Assembly (NCBI GenBank): GCA_037200925.1
Contig: JBBCGO010000001.1
Coordinates: 73,552 to 137,551, forward strand
Direction of reading: 5' to 3'
Source of the DNA: Candidatus Doudnabacteria bacterium
GTDB lineage: Bacteria > Patescibacteriota > Doudnabacteria > UBA920 > O2-02-FULL-48-8
Length of the DNA: 64,000 nucleotides
Shown here: positions 37,979 to 48,163 of the stretch, piece by piece
How positions within the stretch are numbered: the first letter of the stretch is position 1
How the letters are laid out: every line of letters starts with the position of its first letter
Made by a program: the position numbers and the translations under genes
Notes under the pieces: generated by a model
Told to the model about the DNA's origin: nothing
The model's database searches: none
Seen by the model: the letters and a program-made list of their open reading frames with translations, nothing else

Positions 37979-38468
37979 AAAACAGATCGTCGTGGCTGTG
38001 TCCGGCGGATTTGATCCGATACATCCGGGACACATCCGAATGTTCAAGGAAGCCAAAGCCTTGGGCGACAAATTGGTGGTAATTCTGAATAATGACAATT
38101 GGCTTTTGAAAAAGAAAAAATTTAATTTTATGTCCCAGAAAGAACGGAAAGAAGTTATCGAAGCGATCAAATACGTGGACGAGGTTTTAATTTCGAAGCA
38201 CAAGTTTGATACGGACGATATGAGCGTCAGTGAAGAATTGCGGACGATCAAGCCCGATATATTTGCCAACGGGGGCGACCGCAATCCTGCGGACGCAAGG
38301 AAAAAGAATTCTTCTTTGAGCAGGGATCTGGCCGTATGCTTAAGATACGGCATCAAGATGGTCTACAATGTCGGCGCCGGCGGGAAGATCCAGTCCAGCT
38401 CAATGCTGGTGGATAAAGCGATGAGGACTGCGCCCCGCAAGGTGGACGTGAAAATCAGGAAAAAATAA
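37971..38468 (+). CDS. Cytidylyltransferase family protein (TagD/RfaE-like)
   Basis: SGGFDPIHPGH, KPDIFANGGDR, KIQSSS. Confidence 0.88.
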   Translation: MDKKQIVVAVSGGFDPIHPGHIRMFKEAKALGDKLVVILNNDNWLLKKKKFNFMSQKERKEVIEAIKYVDEVLISKHKFDTDDMSVSEELRTIKPDIFANGGDRNPADARKKNSSLSRDLAVCLRYGIKMVYNVGAGGKIQSSSMLVDKAMRTAPRKVDVKIRKK

Positions 38469-38540
38469 TCATTTTACGCGGGTCTTGTATTCGCTCAGTA
38501 AATTTATTATAATTCAGCTTGAGGAAACACCTCTTTTTTA

Positions 38541-39893
38541 ATGTCAAAACGTAGATTATACCTAACTTTTCTGGCGATCTTACTTCTGGCTGCAGGCGCG
38601 GTTTATTTGGATTTGCCGCAGGGAAGCAAGATCAATCTCAAACCGATAAAGATCAACTATAACCAGCAGTTCAAGCTCAAATTGGGTTTGGACCTGCAAG
38701 GCGGTACGCATTTGGTCTATGAAGGCGACCTTACGAACATCCCTCCTGAAGCGCAAAGCGATGCCATGAACTCGGCGCGAGATGTTATCGAACGGAGAGT
38801 AAATGCATTCGGGGTGTCTGAGCCTTTGGTCCAGGTTTCGGGAAACAACCGCCTGATAGTGGAATTGCCCGGGGTCAAGGACATCAACCAGGCCATCTCG
38901 CTCATCGGCCAAACTCCGTTTCTTGAATTCAGGGAAGAAAATCCCAATCCGCCGGCAGTGAAGCCCGACGCCAACGGCCAGGTGAACATTTCGGCTGATG
39001 ATGCCTTCAAACCAACCGGACTTTCCGGCAAACAGTTCAAGCGCGCAACATTGGAATTTGACCAGCGCACCGGCTTGCCGCAGGTGGCTTTGCAGTTTGA
39101 CGCGGAAGGCACAAAATTGTTTGCGGATATCACGACCCGCGATGTCGGCAAAAGGATCGCTATTTTTCTGGACGGAGAGATCTTATCGGCGCCGACGGTC
39201 AATACGCCGATCACCGACGGTCAGGCGATAATCACAGGACAATATACAGTTCAGGAAGCTAAAGACCTTGTGACAAGGCTTAACGCCGGCGCTTTGCCCG
39301 TTCCGATCAAACTCATCTCCCAGGAAAACGTCGGCGCCACGTTAGGTTTGCAGTCTGTGGAAAAAAGCGTGGAAGCAGGCTTGATCGGTTTCGCCATCGT
39401 GGCTTTGTTCATGATCATCTATTACCGGCTGCCAGGTGTTTTGGCGGTCATCGCTTTGTCTATTTATACGGCTTTAAGTTTGGCGATCTTCAAACTGTTC
39501 GGCATCACCATAACTCTTGCCGGCATCGCCGGGTTTATTTTGTCGGTTGGTATGGCCGTGGATGCCAATATTTTGATCTTTGAGCGCATGAAAGAAGAGC
39601 TGCGAAAAGGGAAAACCCTCCAGCAGTCGGTGGAAGACGGGTTTAACCGGGCCTGGCTGTCAGTGCGCGATTCTAATTTTTCCAGTTTGATCACGACTTT
39701 CATCCTGGGTTATTTCGGTTCCAGCATCATCCGGGGGTTCGCCATCACGCTGGCCATCGGCATCCTTGTTTCCATGTTCACAGCCATAACCGTGACCAGG
39801 ACCTTCTTAAGGATGCTGGTCGGCCACAATATTCTGGTCAAACACGGCTTATACGGCGTACGCACCATGGCTGAGGAGAAACCCAATGCTTAA
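38541..39893 (+). CDS. secD: Protein translocase subunit SecD
   Basis: LGLDLQGG, RRVNAFGVSEP, GALP, GMAVDANILIFER. Confidence 0.96.
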   Translation: MSKRRLYLTFLAILLLAAGAVYLDLPQGSKINLKPIKINYNQQFKLKLGLDLQGGTHLVYEGDLTNIPPEAQSDAMNSARDVIERRVNAFGVSEPLVQVSGNNRLIVELPGVKDINQAISLIGQTPFLEFREENPNPPAVKPDANGQVNISADDAFKPTGLSGKQFKRATLEFDQRTGLPQVALQFDAEGTKLFADITTRDVGKRIAIFLDGEILSAPTVNTPITDGQAIITGQYTVQEAKDLVTRLNAGALPVPIKLISQENVGATLGLQSVEKSVEAGLIGFAIVALFMIIYYRLPGVLAVIALSIYTALSLAIFKLFGITITLAGIAGFILSVGMAVDANILIFERMKEELRKGKTLQQSVEDGFNRAWLSVRDSNFSSLITTFILGYFGSSIIRGFAITLAIGILVSMFTAITVTRTFLRMLVGHNILVKHGLYGVRTMAEEKPNA

Positions 39894-40786
39894 CATAATG
39901 AAATATTACAAATTCTGGTTCGCAGTCTCCGCAATACTTTTATTGGCCGGCATTGTGTCTTTGGTGATGTTCCGCCTCAAGCCGGGTATCGATTTTACCG
40001 GCGGTGCCTTAACCCAGATCCAATTTCCGGGGGCTGTTCCGCAGTCTTCAGAAATACAATCAGTTCTCCAAAGCTCTTTTCCCGATGCCCAGATCCAGCC
40101 CGCCAGCGGCAACCAGGTGATCATCCGGACCGGACCGCAAGACCAAACGCAGCATGCCGCATTTATGAAAGCTCTGACCGATAAATTCGGCGCTGTGACA
40201 GAACAGCAATTCACTTCCATCGGCCCAATAATCGGCAAAGAGCTGCGCTCGCAGGCCTTCGTGCAGTTGCTTTTGGTCTCGTTGGGGATCATTTTCTATA
40301 TTGCCTATGCTTTCCGCAAGGTTACCAAACCTGTCTCGTCCTGGCGTTTTGGGATTGCGGCCGTCATTGCTCTTCTGCATGACCTGTTCATCGTGCTCGG
40401 CGCTTTCTCCATCCTGGGACATTTTAAGGGAATTGAAGTTGACAGCCTGTTTGTTACTGCCATGCTGACGGTTTTGGGTTTTTCCGTTCACGATACGATC
40501 GTTGTATTTGACCGGATCCGCGAAAATTTGCGCATACGGGCCGGGCAGTCATTGTCCGAGATCATCAACAACAGCATCAATCAAACTCTTGTCCGTTCTA
40601 TCAATACTTCACTGACGGTTATTTTTGTTCTTCTGTCGCTGTTCCTGTTCGGGGGGCAGCAGCATCCATATCTTTGTATTGGCCTTGCTGATAGGCATCA
40701 TTGCCGGGACCTATTCATCCATATTTATTGCCAGTCCGATCCTGATCGTCTGGCATAATTGGGAAGTCAGGCGTTCGTCCCGTTAA
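39886..40786 (+). CDS. secF: Protein translocase subunit SecF (+1 frameshift in G6 run at 40651-40656)
   Basis: GIDFTGG, HDTIVVFDRIREN, RSINTS; removing one G restores FGGSSIHIFVLALLIGIIAGTYSSIFIASP. Confidence 0.92.
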
Positions 40787-40798
40787 AGCATAGATAAC

Positions 40799-40830
40799 TA
40801 AAACCGCTCCGAGCAACTGAGCGGTTTTTA
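40799..40830 (+). terminator. Intrinsic terminator
   Basis: TAAAACCGCTC..GAGCGGTTTT. Confidence 0.7.
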
Positions 40831-40876
40831 TTATTTTGCTGAATTTATTTCAAAAAAACAAATTAGAACATAATCC

Positions 40877-40905
40877 TTGACAGAATTGAAATTTTGTGCT
40901 ATACT
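40877..40905 (+). promoter_or_regulatory. Putative sigma70 promoter
   Basis: TTGACA-17 nt-TATACT with extended -10 TG. Confidence 0.65.
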
Positions 40906-40922
40906 ATTTTTAATACAATTCT

Positions 40923-42080
40923 ATGTCAGATAAAGACACTAACAACCCGACGAGTTCCCATCCGCCTGCCGGACAAACAGGTATTTTGGATCAGATAATG
41001 GGGACCAAGACCCAGAACAGCTTGAATGATTTTCAGCCTGTTTCTTTGGTGAATGAGCTTATGGGCTCGTTAAAGGAGCGCGATAAGGAAATTTTAAGCA
41101 AACGTTTTGGCCTTTCCGGCTCGGAAATTGAGACCCTGGAAGCTATCGGCAAGAAACATAACCTGACCCGGGAACGCGTGCGTCAGATAGAAAAAGACTC
41201 TTTAAATACGCTAAAGAAAAAGCACCAGGGCGCCCACGAAAAAGCCCTGCAGCTGATCTTTGAAACCATCACGGAGCACGGCAACTTCATGAGCGAAGAA
41301 CTGTTGATGCAGATAATCCTTCAGAACAAGCCTGATCAGGAAGAAATGAATGCAGTTAAGTTTTTGCTCTATCTCGGCGAACAGTTCCAAAATTTTAAAG
41401 AATCACCGGAATTTTTTGAATCCTGGTATATCATCGGTTTTGATTTTGCCAAACTCGACCGGATCATAAAAGAATATACGGCAATTCTGGAGTCCGAGGG
41501 CCATGTTTTGACGGAGCTGTCTTTGCATCAGCGGTTCAAGCAGACCTCTTATTTTAAAGAACATGAGTTGGAATTGAATGACCGCGTTCTGCACAGCTAT
41601 CTGAATGCTTCCAAAGCCATCCAGATCAATCCTTTCGACGAGATCGGACTGAAACATTGGAGTGACGTTAAGCCCCGCGACGTTGGGGATAAAGCCTATC
41701 TGGTGATGAGGCATCATAAAAAACCCGAGCATTATTCCGTCATCACTAAGCTTATCAATGACAATAAATTTGACAACAGGGTGGCTTACCAGGAAACCGT
41801 GCATAATGAACTGATCAAAGACATCCGTTTTGTCCTGATCGGGAGGGGGATATATGCGCTTTCGGAATGGGGTTATACTAAGGGAGTCGTGGCGGATGTC
41901 ATCCGTGAGATCCTAAAATCTTTTGGCCGGCCGCTGACCCGGGATGAGATCATAACCGAGGTCATGAAGCGCCGTTTGGTGAAACGAAACACAATTTTGG
42001 TGGGCCTATCTAATCGGAAAAATTTCCAAAAGGTCGGCAAAGATAAATATGCATTGTCCCAAGGAGAACCAGTGAATTAA
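40923..42080 (+). CDS. Sigma70 region-4-like HTH + C-terminal winged-HTH protein
   Basis: ILSKRFGL..TLEAIG..LTRERVRQIE; VHNELI..RFVLIGRGIYALSEWGY; no sigma regions 2/3. Confidence 0.8.
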   Translation: MSDKDTNNPTSSHPPAGQTGILDQIMGTKTQNSLNDFQPVSLVNELMGSLKERDKEILSKRFGLSGSEIETLEAIGKKHNLTRERVRQIEKDSLNTLKKKHQGAHEKALQLIFETITEHGNFMSEELLMQIILQNKPDQEEMNAVKFLLYLGEQFQNFKESPEFFESWYIIGFDFAKLDRIIKEYTAILESEGHVLTELSLHQRFKQTSYFKEHELELNDRVLHSYLNASKAIQINPFDEIGLKHWSDVKPRDVGDKAYLVMRHHKKPEHYSVITKLINDNKFDNRVAYQETVHNELIKDIRFVLIGRGIYALSEWGYTKGVVADVIREILKSFGRPLTRDEIITEVMKRRLVKRNTILVGLSNRKNFQKVGKDKYALSQGEPVN

Positions 42081-43405
42081 TGTCAGTTTTAGGCGATTTT
42101 TTCCATTATTTGATAGATGTTGTTTTAATAAACTACTATGGGTGGACCCTGTTTGCGGGTTTGCTGTTCTGGATGATTTTTTATTTGAAGAGGGAAGAGA
42201 ACAACCACGTCTATCTGTCCGGGATCGAATGGGTTTTTTTGGAGGTAAAAATTGACGAGCTGAACGAAAAATCTCCTTTGGCCATGGAACAGATTTTTAC
42301 TGCCCTGCATGCGATCCATCAAAATTTTACGTTCGGCGAGAGGTTCAACGGCAGGTCCGTGCTCAATGTTTCCTGCGAAATTGTCAGTTTAGGCGGCAAG
42401 GTTTCTTTCATTTTTAGAATTCCCGCGCGCTTCCGCAATTTATTGGAAAGCGCGATCTTTGCCCAGTATCCGAAAGCGGAAGTTTTCGAGACTGAAGATT
42501 ATCTCCGCAACTTGCCTCACGATTATGACCCCAAGCACGCGGATTTTGATTTTTGGGGTACGGAGTGGCTGAAAAAGAAGGACAACGCTTATCCGATCAG
42601 GACTTATATGCTGGACTCTTCGTTCGAACATGGAGCTCAAGAAACGTTCATTGATCCGCTTTCCAATGTCATTGAAGTTATGAGCAACCTTCAGCCTTAT
42701 GAATTGTTGGTTTTTCAGCTCGTAATCAAACCCGTCGATGATTCTTGGAAAGAACACACAAAACATCTGGTGGACAAATTGAAAGGCGTTCCGGAAAAGC
42801 ATGGAGATGATTGGGTTTTCAGGATCATGCATTTCATTCCTGATCTGCTGGCCCGGATTTTAGTCGGGATAGTGTCGGGCCCCGAGGAAGGACACACAGC
42901 TCCTGTCAAGGTCCAGGAAGAGCCTCCAACCTTGATGATACACAAAACCGACGTGGAGAAGAGCGTGATCAATGCCATCGAGCATGCCGTCTCAAAGATC
43001 GGCTATGAAGTCCGCATCAGGACATTTTATCTGGCTCCCAAAGATAAGATCAACAAAGCCGTGAGAATACCTGAGATAGTCGGCGCGTTCCGGAATTTCG
43101 ACGAAGTGAATCTGAACGGTTTTAAGCCGGATATCGGCCACAGCTGGACAGAAGGGCCGAGTTATAAACTTTCGGAAAGGCTGGAGAGGCCGTATGTCGA
43201 AGCTAGCAAACTGACCCGGAAAAGACACATGCTGCACTGGATAACCTCGCGCAGCCATTGGCGCGGAGTGGGCAAGGTCATCATGAATACCGAGGAGCTG
43301 GCCACGATCTTCCATTTCCCGCAAGTGCCTCATACCCGCATTTCGCAGATGGAAAGAGTGCAAACGGTTAAATCAGCGCCTCCGATGGATTTACCAATAG
43401 GATAA
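42080..43405 (+). CDS. Conserved membrane-anchored protein associated with VirD4-like ATPase
   Basis: N-terminal TM; KSPLAMEQIF, AQYP, YPIRTY, EELATIFHFP; TAATG translational coupling. Confidence 0.75.
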   Translation: MSVLGDFFHYLIDVVLINYYGWTLFAGLLFWMIFYLKREENNHVYLSGIEWVFLEVKIDELNEKSPLAMEQIFTALHAIHQNFTFGERFNGRSVLNVSCEIVSLGGKVSFIFRIPARFRNLLESAIFAQYPKAEVFETEDYLRNLPHDYDPKHADFDFWGTEWLKKKDNAYPIRTYMLDSSFEHGAQETFIDPLSNVIEVMSNLQPYELLVFQLVIKPVDDSWKEHTKHLVDKLKGVPEKHGDDWVFRIMHFIPDLLARILVGIVSGPEEGHTAPVKVQEEPPTLMIHKTDVEKSVINAIEHAVSKIGYEVRIRTFYLAPKDKINKAVRIPEIVGAFRNFDEVNLNGFKPDIGHSWTEGPSYKLSERLERPYVEASKLTRKRHMLHWITSRSHWRGVGKVIMNTEELATIFHFPQVPHTRISQMERVQTVKSAPPMDLPIG

Positions 43406-43414
43406 AATAAAAAA

Positions 43415-45244
43415 ATGAACGACGATAACGATATAACTTTATTTGCAAAAACGAATTTCCGGAACCGGGAAGTGTCTTTCGGCATACGCCGTGATGACCG
43501 CAGACGCCATATGTACATCATCGGGAAGACCGGTATGGGTAAAACTACGCTCATTGAAAATATGGTCATCCAGGACATTCAGGCCGGCCATGGCGTGGCC
43601 TTTGTGGACCCGCACGGAGACTCTATAGAGAAGATCCTGAATTATGTCCCGTCAAACCGGGTAAATGACGTGGTGTATCTCAATCCGGCAGACAGCGATT
43701 TTCCGATCGCATTCAATCCGCTGGAATCGGTTGATCCCAAATACAAGCATTTGGTGGCTTCAGGGTTGATGGGCGTATTCACGAAGATCTGGGCCGGGGT
43801 CTGGTCCGCTCGTATGGAATACATTTTGAACAATACTATTTTGGCCCTGCTTGATTCTCAGGGCAGCACTCTGCTCGGTATCGCCCGCATGCTGGTGAAC
43901 AAAACTTACCGTAAACGGATAGTTGATAACATCAAGGACCCGGTGGTCAAGTCTTTCTGGGTTGATGAATTTGCCAACTACAACGACAAATTCCGTAACG
44001 AAGCCATAGCTCCGATCCAGAACAAAGTCGGGCAGTTCTTGTCTTCCGCAATCATCCGCAATATTGTCGGCCAGACAAAAAGCTCAATTGATCTGCGGGA
44101 GATCATGGATAAGAAAAAGATCTTTCTCATCAACCTGTCCAAAGGGCGCATCGGCGAAGACAACTCAGCTTTATTGGGCGCGATGATCATCACAAAGATC
44201 CAGCTGGCCGCCATGAGCCGCGTGGACATTCCGGAAGAAGAGCGGGAAGATTTTTATCTGTACGTCGATGAATTTCAGAATTTTGCCACTGAATCGTTTG
44301 CCAATATTTTGTCCGAGGCGCGCAAATACCGACTGAACCTGATCGTCGCGCACCAATATATCGGGCAGCTGGTCCAGGGCAAGGACACAGTGGTCCGCGA
44401 TGCTATTTTCGGCAACGTCGGAACCCTGGTCTGTTTCCGGGTCGGCGCTGATGATTCGGAATTTTTGGAAAAAGAATTTGAGCCGACCTATATGATGCAC
44501 GATCTGGTCAACCTGACCAAATATCATGTTTATCTCAAACTTATGATCAACGGCGTGTCCTCAACTCCTTTTTCGGCTACGACCTTGGCGCCAATTGCCG
44601 AATCAACCGGTAATGAGGAAAAAGTCATCAATGTTTCGCGCGAGCGCTATGCCAACAAGCGGGAAACAGTTGAAGAAAAGATCAACAGATGGATGGGTTC
44701 GGAATTCCATGTGGCTGCTGCGGAAGCCGAGAGCAGCGCCGTGGAGCAAGAAGATTTGCAGGAAAATCTGCGCTATCATGAAAAAATGGCCACTCAGCCG
44801 ACTCCGCCGCAGGTCAGGCCCGCTGTGCAGCAACAGGCAAGTCCGATCGTCCAGACTCCGGTCAGAACCGAGCGAAGGCAGGAAGAGCGCCACGATGAAA
44901 GAAGGCAATTTGAGCGACGCACAAGGCAGGTAGATTCACACCCAAACAGGCGCGCGTCCGATAAAAAACCTGTAAACCCGGTTTGGGATACCGTAAATAA
45001 GATAACGGCCGAGAAAGTGACTGAGCGAGTGGAGAAAGCAACTTCAGCTATTGCAAATTTAAGCAAATCTTTGGAGCAGTCTCTGAATAGGAACCAACCA
45101 ACGCCTCAAAACACTGCGCCAAAACCTGAATCCTTGCCCCAACCGCCGAAACAGCAAGCACCTAAAGTCCAAGAAGAAACTCCAAAACCGACACTCCAGG
45201 TACAATCCGGAACCATAAAACCCGGTGATAAGATCCAATTCTAG
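43415..45244 (+). CDS. VirD4/TrwB-like (T4SS coupling protein / HerA-FtsK superfamily) ATPase
   Basis: RRHMYIIGKTGMGKT (Walker A), DPHGD, LYVDEFQNF (Walker B), SEARKY, AHQY, GNVGT; low-complexity tail. Confidence 0.88.
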   Translation: MNDDNDITLFAKTNFRNREVSFGIRRDDRRRHMYIIGKTGMGKTTLIENMVIQDIQAGHGVAFVDPHGDSIEKILNYVPSNRVNDVVYLNPADSDFPIAFNPLESVDPKYKHLVASGLMGVFTKIWAGVWSARMEYILNNTILALLDSQGSTLLGIARMLVNKTYRKRIVDNIKDPVVKSFWVDEFANYNDKFRNEAIAPIQNKVGQFLSSAIIRNIVGQTKSSIDLREIMDKKKIFLINLSKGRIGEDNSALLGAMIITKIQLAAMSRVDIPEEEREDFYLYVDEFQNFATESFANILSEARKYRLNLIVAHQYIGQLVQGKDTVVRDAIFGNVGTLVCFRVGADDSEFLEKEFEPTYMMHDLVNLTKYHVYLKLMINGVSSTPFSATTLAPIAESTGNEEKVINVSRERYANKRETVEEKINRWMGSEFHVAAAEAESSAVEQEDLQENLRYHEKMATQPTPPQVRPAVQQQASPIVQTPVRTERRQEERHDERRQFERRTRQVDSHPNRRASDKKPVNPVWDTVNKITAEKVTERVEKATSAIANLSKSLEQSLNRNQPTPQNTAPKPESLPQPPKQQAPKVQEETPKPTLQVQSGTIKPGDKIQF

Positions 45245-45269
45245 TTGTGGATAAATCGAATTTTGTAGA

Positions 45270-45299
45270 AAACAAGCCGACAAAAAGTCGGCTTGTTTT
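45270..45299 (+). terminator. Intrinsic terminator
   Basis: AAACAAGCCGAC-AAAAA-GTCGGCTTGTTT. Confidence 0.7.
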
Positions 45300-45382
45300 A
45301 GCAATAGATTGACTGTTGTAGGTAAAATTTTGACCAACCTGGTAAATACAAATAGGATGTAAAAGCAATTAATCGGAAATTT

Positions 45383-46138
45383 ATGGAATTAAACAATCTT
45401 TTGGAAGAATTCGGTTTATCCGACAAAGAGACAAACGTTTATCTCGCGCTTCTGGAATTAGGACCGGCCCCGGCCAGGGTGGTTGCCCGCAAATCCGGCG
45501 TAAACAGGGGGACTGCCTATGATATCCTTAAAAAATTAGTGGATTTGGGCTTGGTCAGTTTTTATAGGAAGGGCAAACAGCACTTTGCAGCCGAACCGCC
45601 GGAACGCCTGGTGGAAGCCGTGGAGGACAAACAAACCCGGCTGCAAAGGCTGAAGGTCAGCATTTCCGAAAAACTGCCTGAGCTCAAGACCATGTTCGTG
45701 GCCCAAGGGGGCCGCCCGACGATCCGGGTCTACGAGGGGTTCAAAGGGGTTAAAAAAATACTGGAGGATGTGCTCAATACGTTAGGCGAGGCAGCGGAAA
45801 AGGAATATGTTGTGTATTCCGCAGCCACGGCTAAAGACCGTAAGAGCATTTACCAGGAGTTCCCGGCGTTCAACCAAAGAAGGGTAGAAAAGGGCATCCG
45901 TGTCCGCACTATCTCTCTTGGTGAGGGCGGCTTCCTTTCGGGCCTGGATGAACGCAAGTGGCTGAGTGGAGGTCGCAATCGCACAACAGCCACTCACGAG
46001 TTGATCTACGGAGGCAAGATCGCGCACATTGGCCTAGACTCTTCCGAGATAGCTTTCGGTGTGATTGTCGAAAATCGCGACATTTATTTCACACAGAAGC
46101 AGATCTTCGAAAGTTTGTGGGGCAAGCTTAAGAGCTAA
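45383..46138 (+). CDS. TrmB-family transcriptional regulator
   Basis: GLSDKETNVYLALLELG, SGVNRGTAYDILKKL..GLV, YEGFKGV. Confidence 0.88.
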   Translation: MELNNLLEEFGLSDKETNVYLALLELGPAPARVVARKSGVNRGTAYDILKKLVDLGLVSFYRKGKQHFAAEPPERLVEAVEDKQTRLQRLKVSISEKLPELKTMFVAQGGRPTIRVYEGFKGVKKILEDVLNTLGEAAEKEYVVYSAATAKDRKSIYQEFPAFNQRRVEKGIRVRTISLGEGGFLSGLDERKWLSGGRNRTTATHELIYGGKIAHIGLDSSEIAFGVIVENRDIYFTQKQIFESLWGKLKS

Positions 46139-46156
46139 AAATTTCGCGGAGGAACA

Positions 46157-46435
46157 ATGAGGCAGCAAAACGACCAGAAAGCGCTGGTTAAGAAGGCTGT
46201 GGTAGCGAGTCACTTGGAGTTTTTTTCCTTGAGCGATTCACCGTCGGCGCCGTTGACCCAAGACGCAGTCAATCTGCATTTTGAGACGTGCTCAAACTGC
46301 TTTGCGCAGTTTCAGCATCTCGAAGCCCTCGGATTCAGCCCGCAGACCAGATACGAGCGCAGGATCATGGCGCGCGTTTCTATCCTAGAACATCGCCCGA
46401 ACGTCGGTTTGCATGAGCTTCTGGAGTCTACATAA
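46157..46435 (+). CDS. Orphan hypothetical protein
   Basis: HFETCSNC (HxxxCxxC, anti-sigma zinc-finger-like); GGAGG SD; hairpin + T-tract after it. Confidence 0.55.
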   Translation: MRQQNDQKALVKKAVVASHLEFFSLSDSPSAPLTQDAVNLHFETCSNCFAQFQHLEALGFSPQTRYERRIMARVSILEHRPNVGLHELLEST

Positions 46436-46517
46436 GATCCAGGCAGAGCGCACATCTTTAAAAAAGGTACGCTGCTCTGCCTTCTTTTTTTGCCTATTTT
46501 TTGATATACTTTCATGC

Positions 46518-47579
46518 ATGAATGACAAGAAAAAAACAGTTGTAGTGGGAATGAGCGGGGGAGTGGATTCTTCTGTTACAGCAGCTTTGCTGAAAGAGCA
46601 AGGCTTTGATGTGATCGGCGTGTTTATGAAAAATTGGTCGGAAGATTTTGGCGATCACGGCTGCACCTGGGCCGAGGATTCGGAAGATGCCAGAAAAGTG
46701 GCGCAAATTCTGAACATTCCGTTTTATATCTGGAATTTTGAGAAAGAATATTATGACAAAGTTGTAGAGTATTTTTTCCGCGAGTATGCGGCTGGGCGCA
46801 CGCCGAACCCGGACGTGATGTGCAACACTGAGATTAAATTCAAGGTTTTTCTGGAAAAAGCGCTGAGTTTGGGAGCAGATCATGTCGCAACAGGACACTA
46901 TGCCCGTATTGAAAGGGGAAAGCTTTTGAAGGGGATTGACCTTTCAAAAGATCAAAGCTATTTTCTCTATACCTTGAAACGATCACAGCTTGAAAAGATC
47001 ATGTTCCCGATAGGGCACTTGAAAAAGTCAGAAGTGCGCCTGCTGGCAAAAAAGTTTAACTTGCCGAATGCCGAGAAAAAAGATTCGCAAGGCATTTGTT
47101 TTATTGGGAAGATCAACGTCACGGAATTTTTGAAAGCTCACGTGAAAGCTGAGGTTGGCGAGATCGTAACGGCTACGGGAAAGGTTTTGGGAAGTCATGA
47201 CGGATTGCCCTATTACACCATCGGCCAGCGCGAAGGCATGAAACTCGGCGGTTCGGGACCTTATTATGTAGTGAGCAAAGATTTTAGCGCGAACCGGTTG
47301 GTAGTAACAAATGATAAACAGGATGAACAGCTATGGAAAAAAAGCTTTACAGTTTCAGAATTATCATGGGTGAACACCAGTCCTGATCTTCCATTGCATA
47401 CAGGTGTGACGATCCGGTATCACCACCCGGAATATTCGGCTAAGCTGGAACAGATATCAGGTAACAAATTGAAAGTAATTTTTGATCAGCCGCAAAGAGC
47501 CATAACGCCGGGACAGTCAGCCGTAATTTACCAAGGAGAAGAGTTGCTTGGCGGCGGCATCATAGAACAGATTTTTTAA
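46518..47579 (+). CDS. mnmA: tRNA 2-thiouridylase MnmA
   Basis: GMSGGVDSS, TPNPDVMCN, ATGHYA, KDQSYFL, KKDSQGICFIG, TIGQR, TPGQ. Confidence 0.97.
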   Translation: MNDKKKTVVVGMSGGVDSSVTAALLKEQGFDVIGVFMKNWSEDFGDHGCTWAEDSEDARKVAQILNIPFYIWNFEKEYYDKVVEYFFREYAAGRTPNPDVMCNTEIKFKVFLEKALSLGADHVATGHYARIERGKLLKGIDLSKDQSYFLYTLKRSQLEKIMFPIGHLKKSEVRLLAKKFNLPNAEKKDSQGICFIGKINVTEFLKAHVKAEVGEIVTATGKVLGSHDGLPYYTIGQREGMKLGGSGPYYVVSKDFSANRLVVTNDKQDEQLWKKSFTVSELSWVNTSPDLPLHTGVTIRYHHPEYSAKLEQISGNKLKVIFDQPQRAITPGQSAVIYQGEELLGGGIIEQIF

Positions 47580-47644
47580 AGTTACACAAAATTTTGGCAT
47601 AAAAAAAGAAGAGGTTGACAAGTAGTGGGACTTGTCCGCCTCTT

Positions 47645-48076
47645 CTACACGATCATTTCTTCCGGTTCATCTTCAGGTTCGAGATTGTCTACTCCATCTT
47701 CGAACGGAAAGCCCATGAACGGCTGAAGATCCGCGATCATGGACACGTGCTCGAGAACCCAGCCGTTGTAGATGACGAAGATATAGACCTCCGGGCAGCT
47801 GGGATCCTCTTGAAGAAAAGAAACTTGGACATGCTTCTGCCAGTTCCGGAAACCGGAACCCGGTTTGCAGAAATCGCGGCTATCCACGCCTTCGCTGAAC
47901 ACGATCAATCGACATTGATCGCCGCTGCGAAGGGTGACGGCCGGATGCAGTCTTCCTGCATCATCCATGACGAGGTCAAGGTAGCGGGACGTGTGGGGCT
48001 TGGGCTCAATGCCAAAGTCGCAGTCGTCAGCAGAGAGTACCGTCTGACACTGACTCAACGTTAACCGTTGCCTCAT
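47645..48076 (-). CDS. Orphan hypothetical protein
   Basis: AGGAGG SD; acidic tail; hairpin + TTCTTTTTTT after the stop. Confidence 0.5.
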   Translation of the reverse strand: MRQRLTLSQCQTVLSADDCDFGIEPKPHTSRYLDLVMDDAGRLHPAVTLRSGDQCRLIVFSEGVDSRDFCKPGSGFRNWQKHVQVSFLQEDPSCPEVYIFVIYNGWVLEHVSMIADLQPFMGFPFEDGVDNLEPEDEPEEMIV

Positions 48077-48163
48077 TATCACCCTCCTGGGTAATTACGG
48101 GAACGAAAACAATTGCTACAAGTATAGCCTAAATATAAAAATCTTCCAAAACGAGCAAACGGA

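Noticed and set aside
39886-40786. secF pseudogene or programmed frameshift
   Set aside because: The conserved C-terminus is intact in the next frame after a G6 run, matching the error signature seen in other genes.
40923-42080. Bona fide sigma factor
   Set aside because: Only a region-4-like HTH is present; no region 2 core-binding or -10 recognition motifs.
43415-45244. Conjugative element / ICE
   Set aside because: No relaxase, VirB4/VirB genes, integrase or att repeats; flanked by secDF and mnmA.
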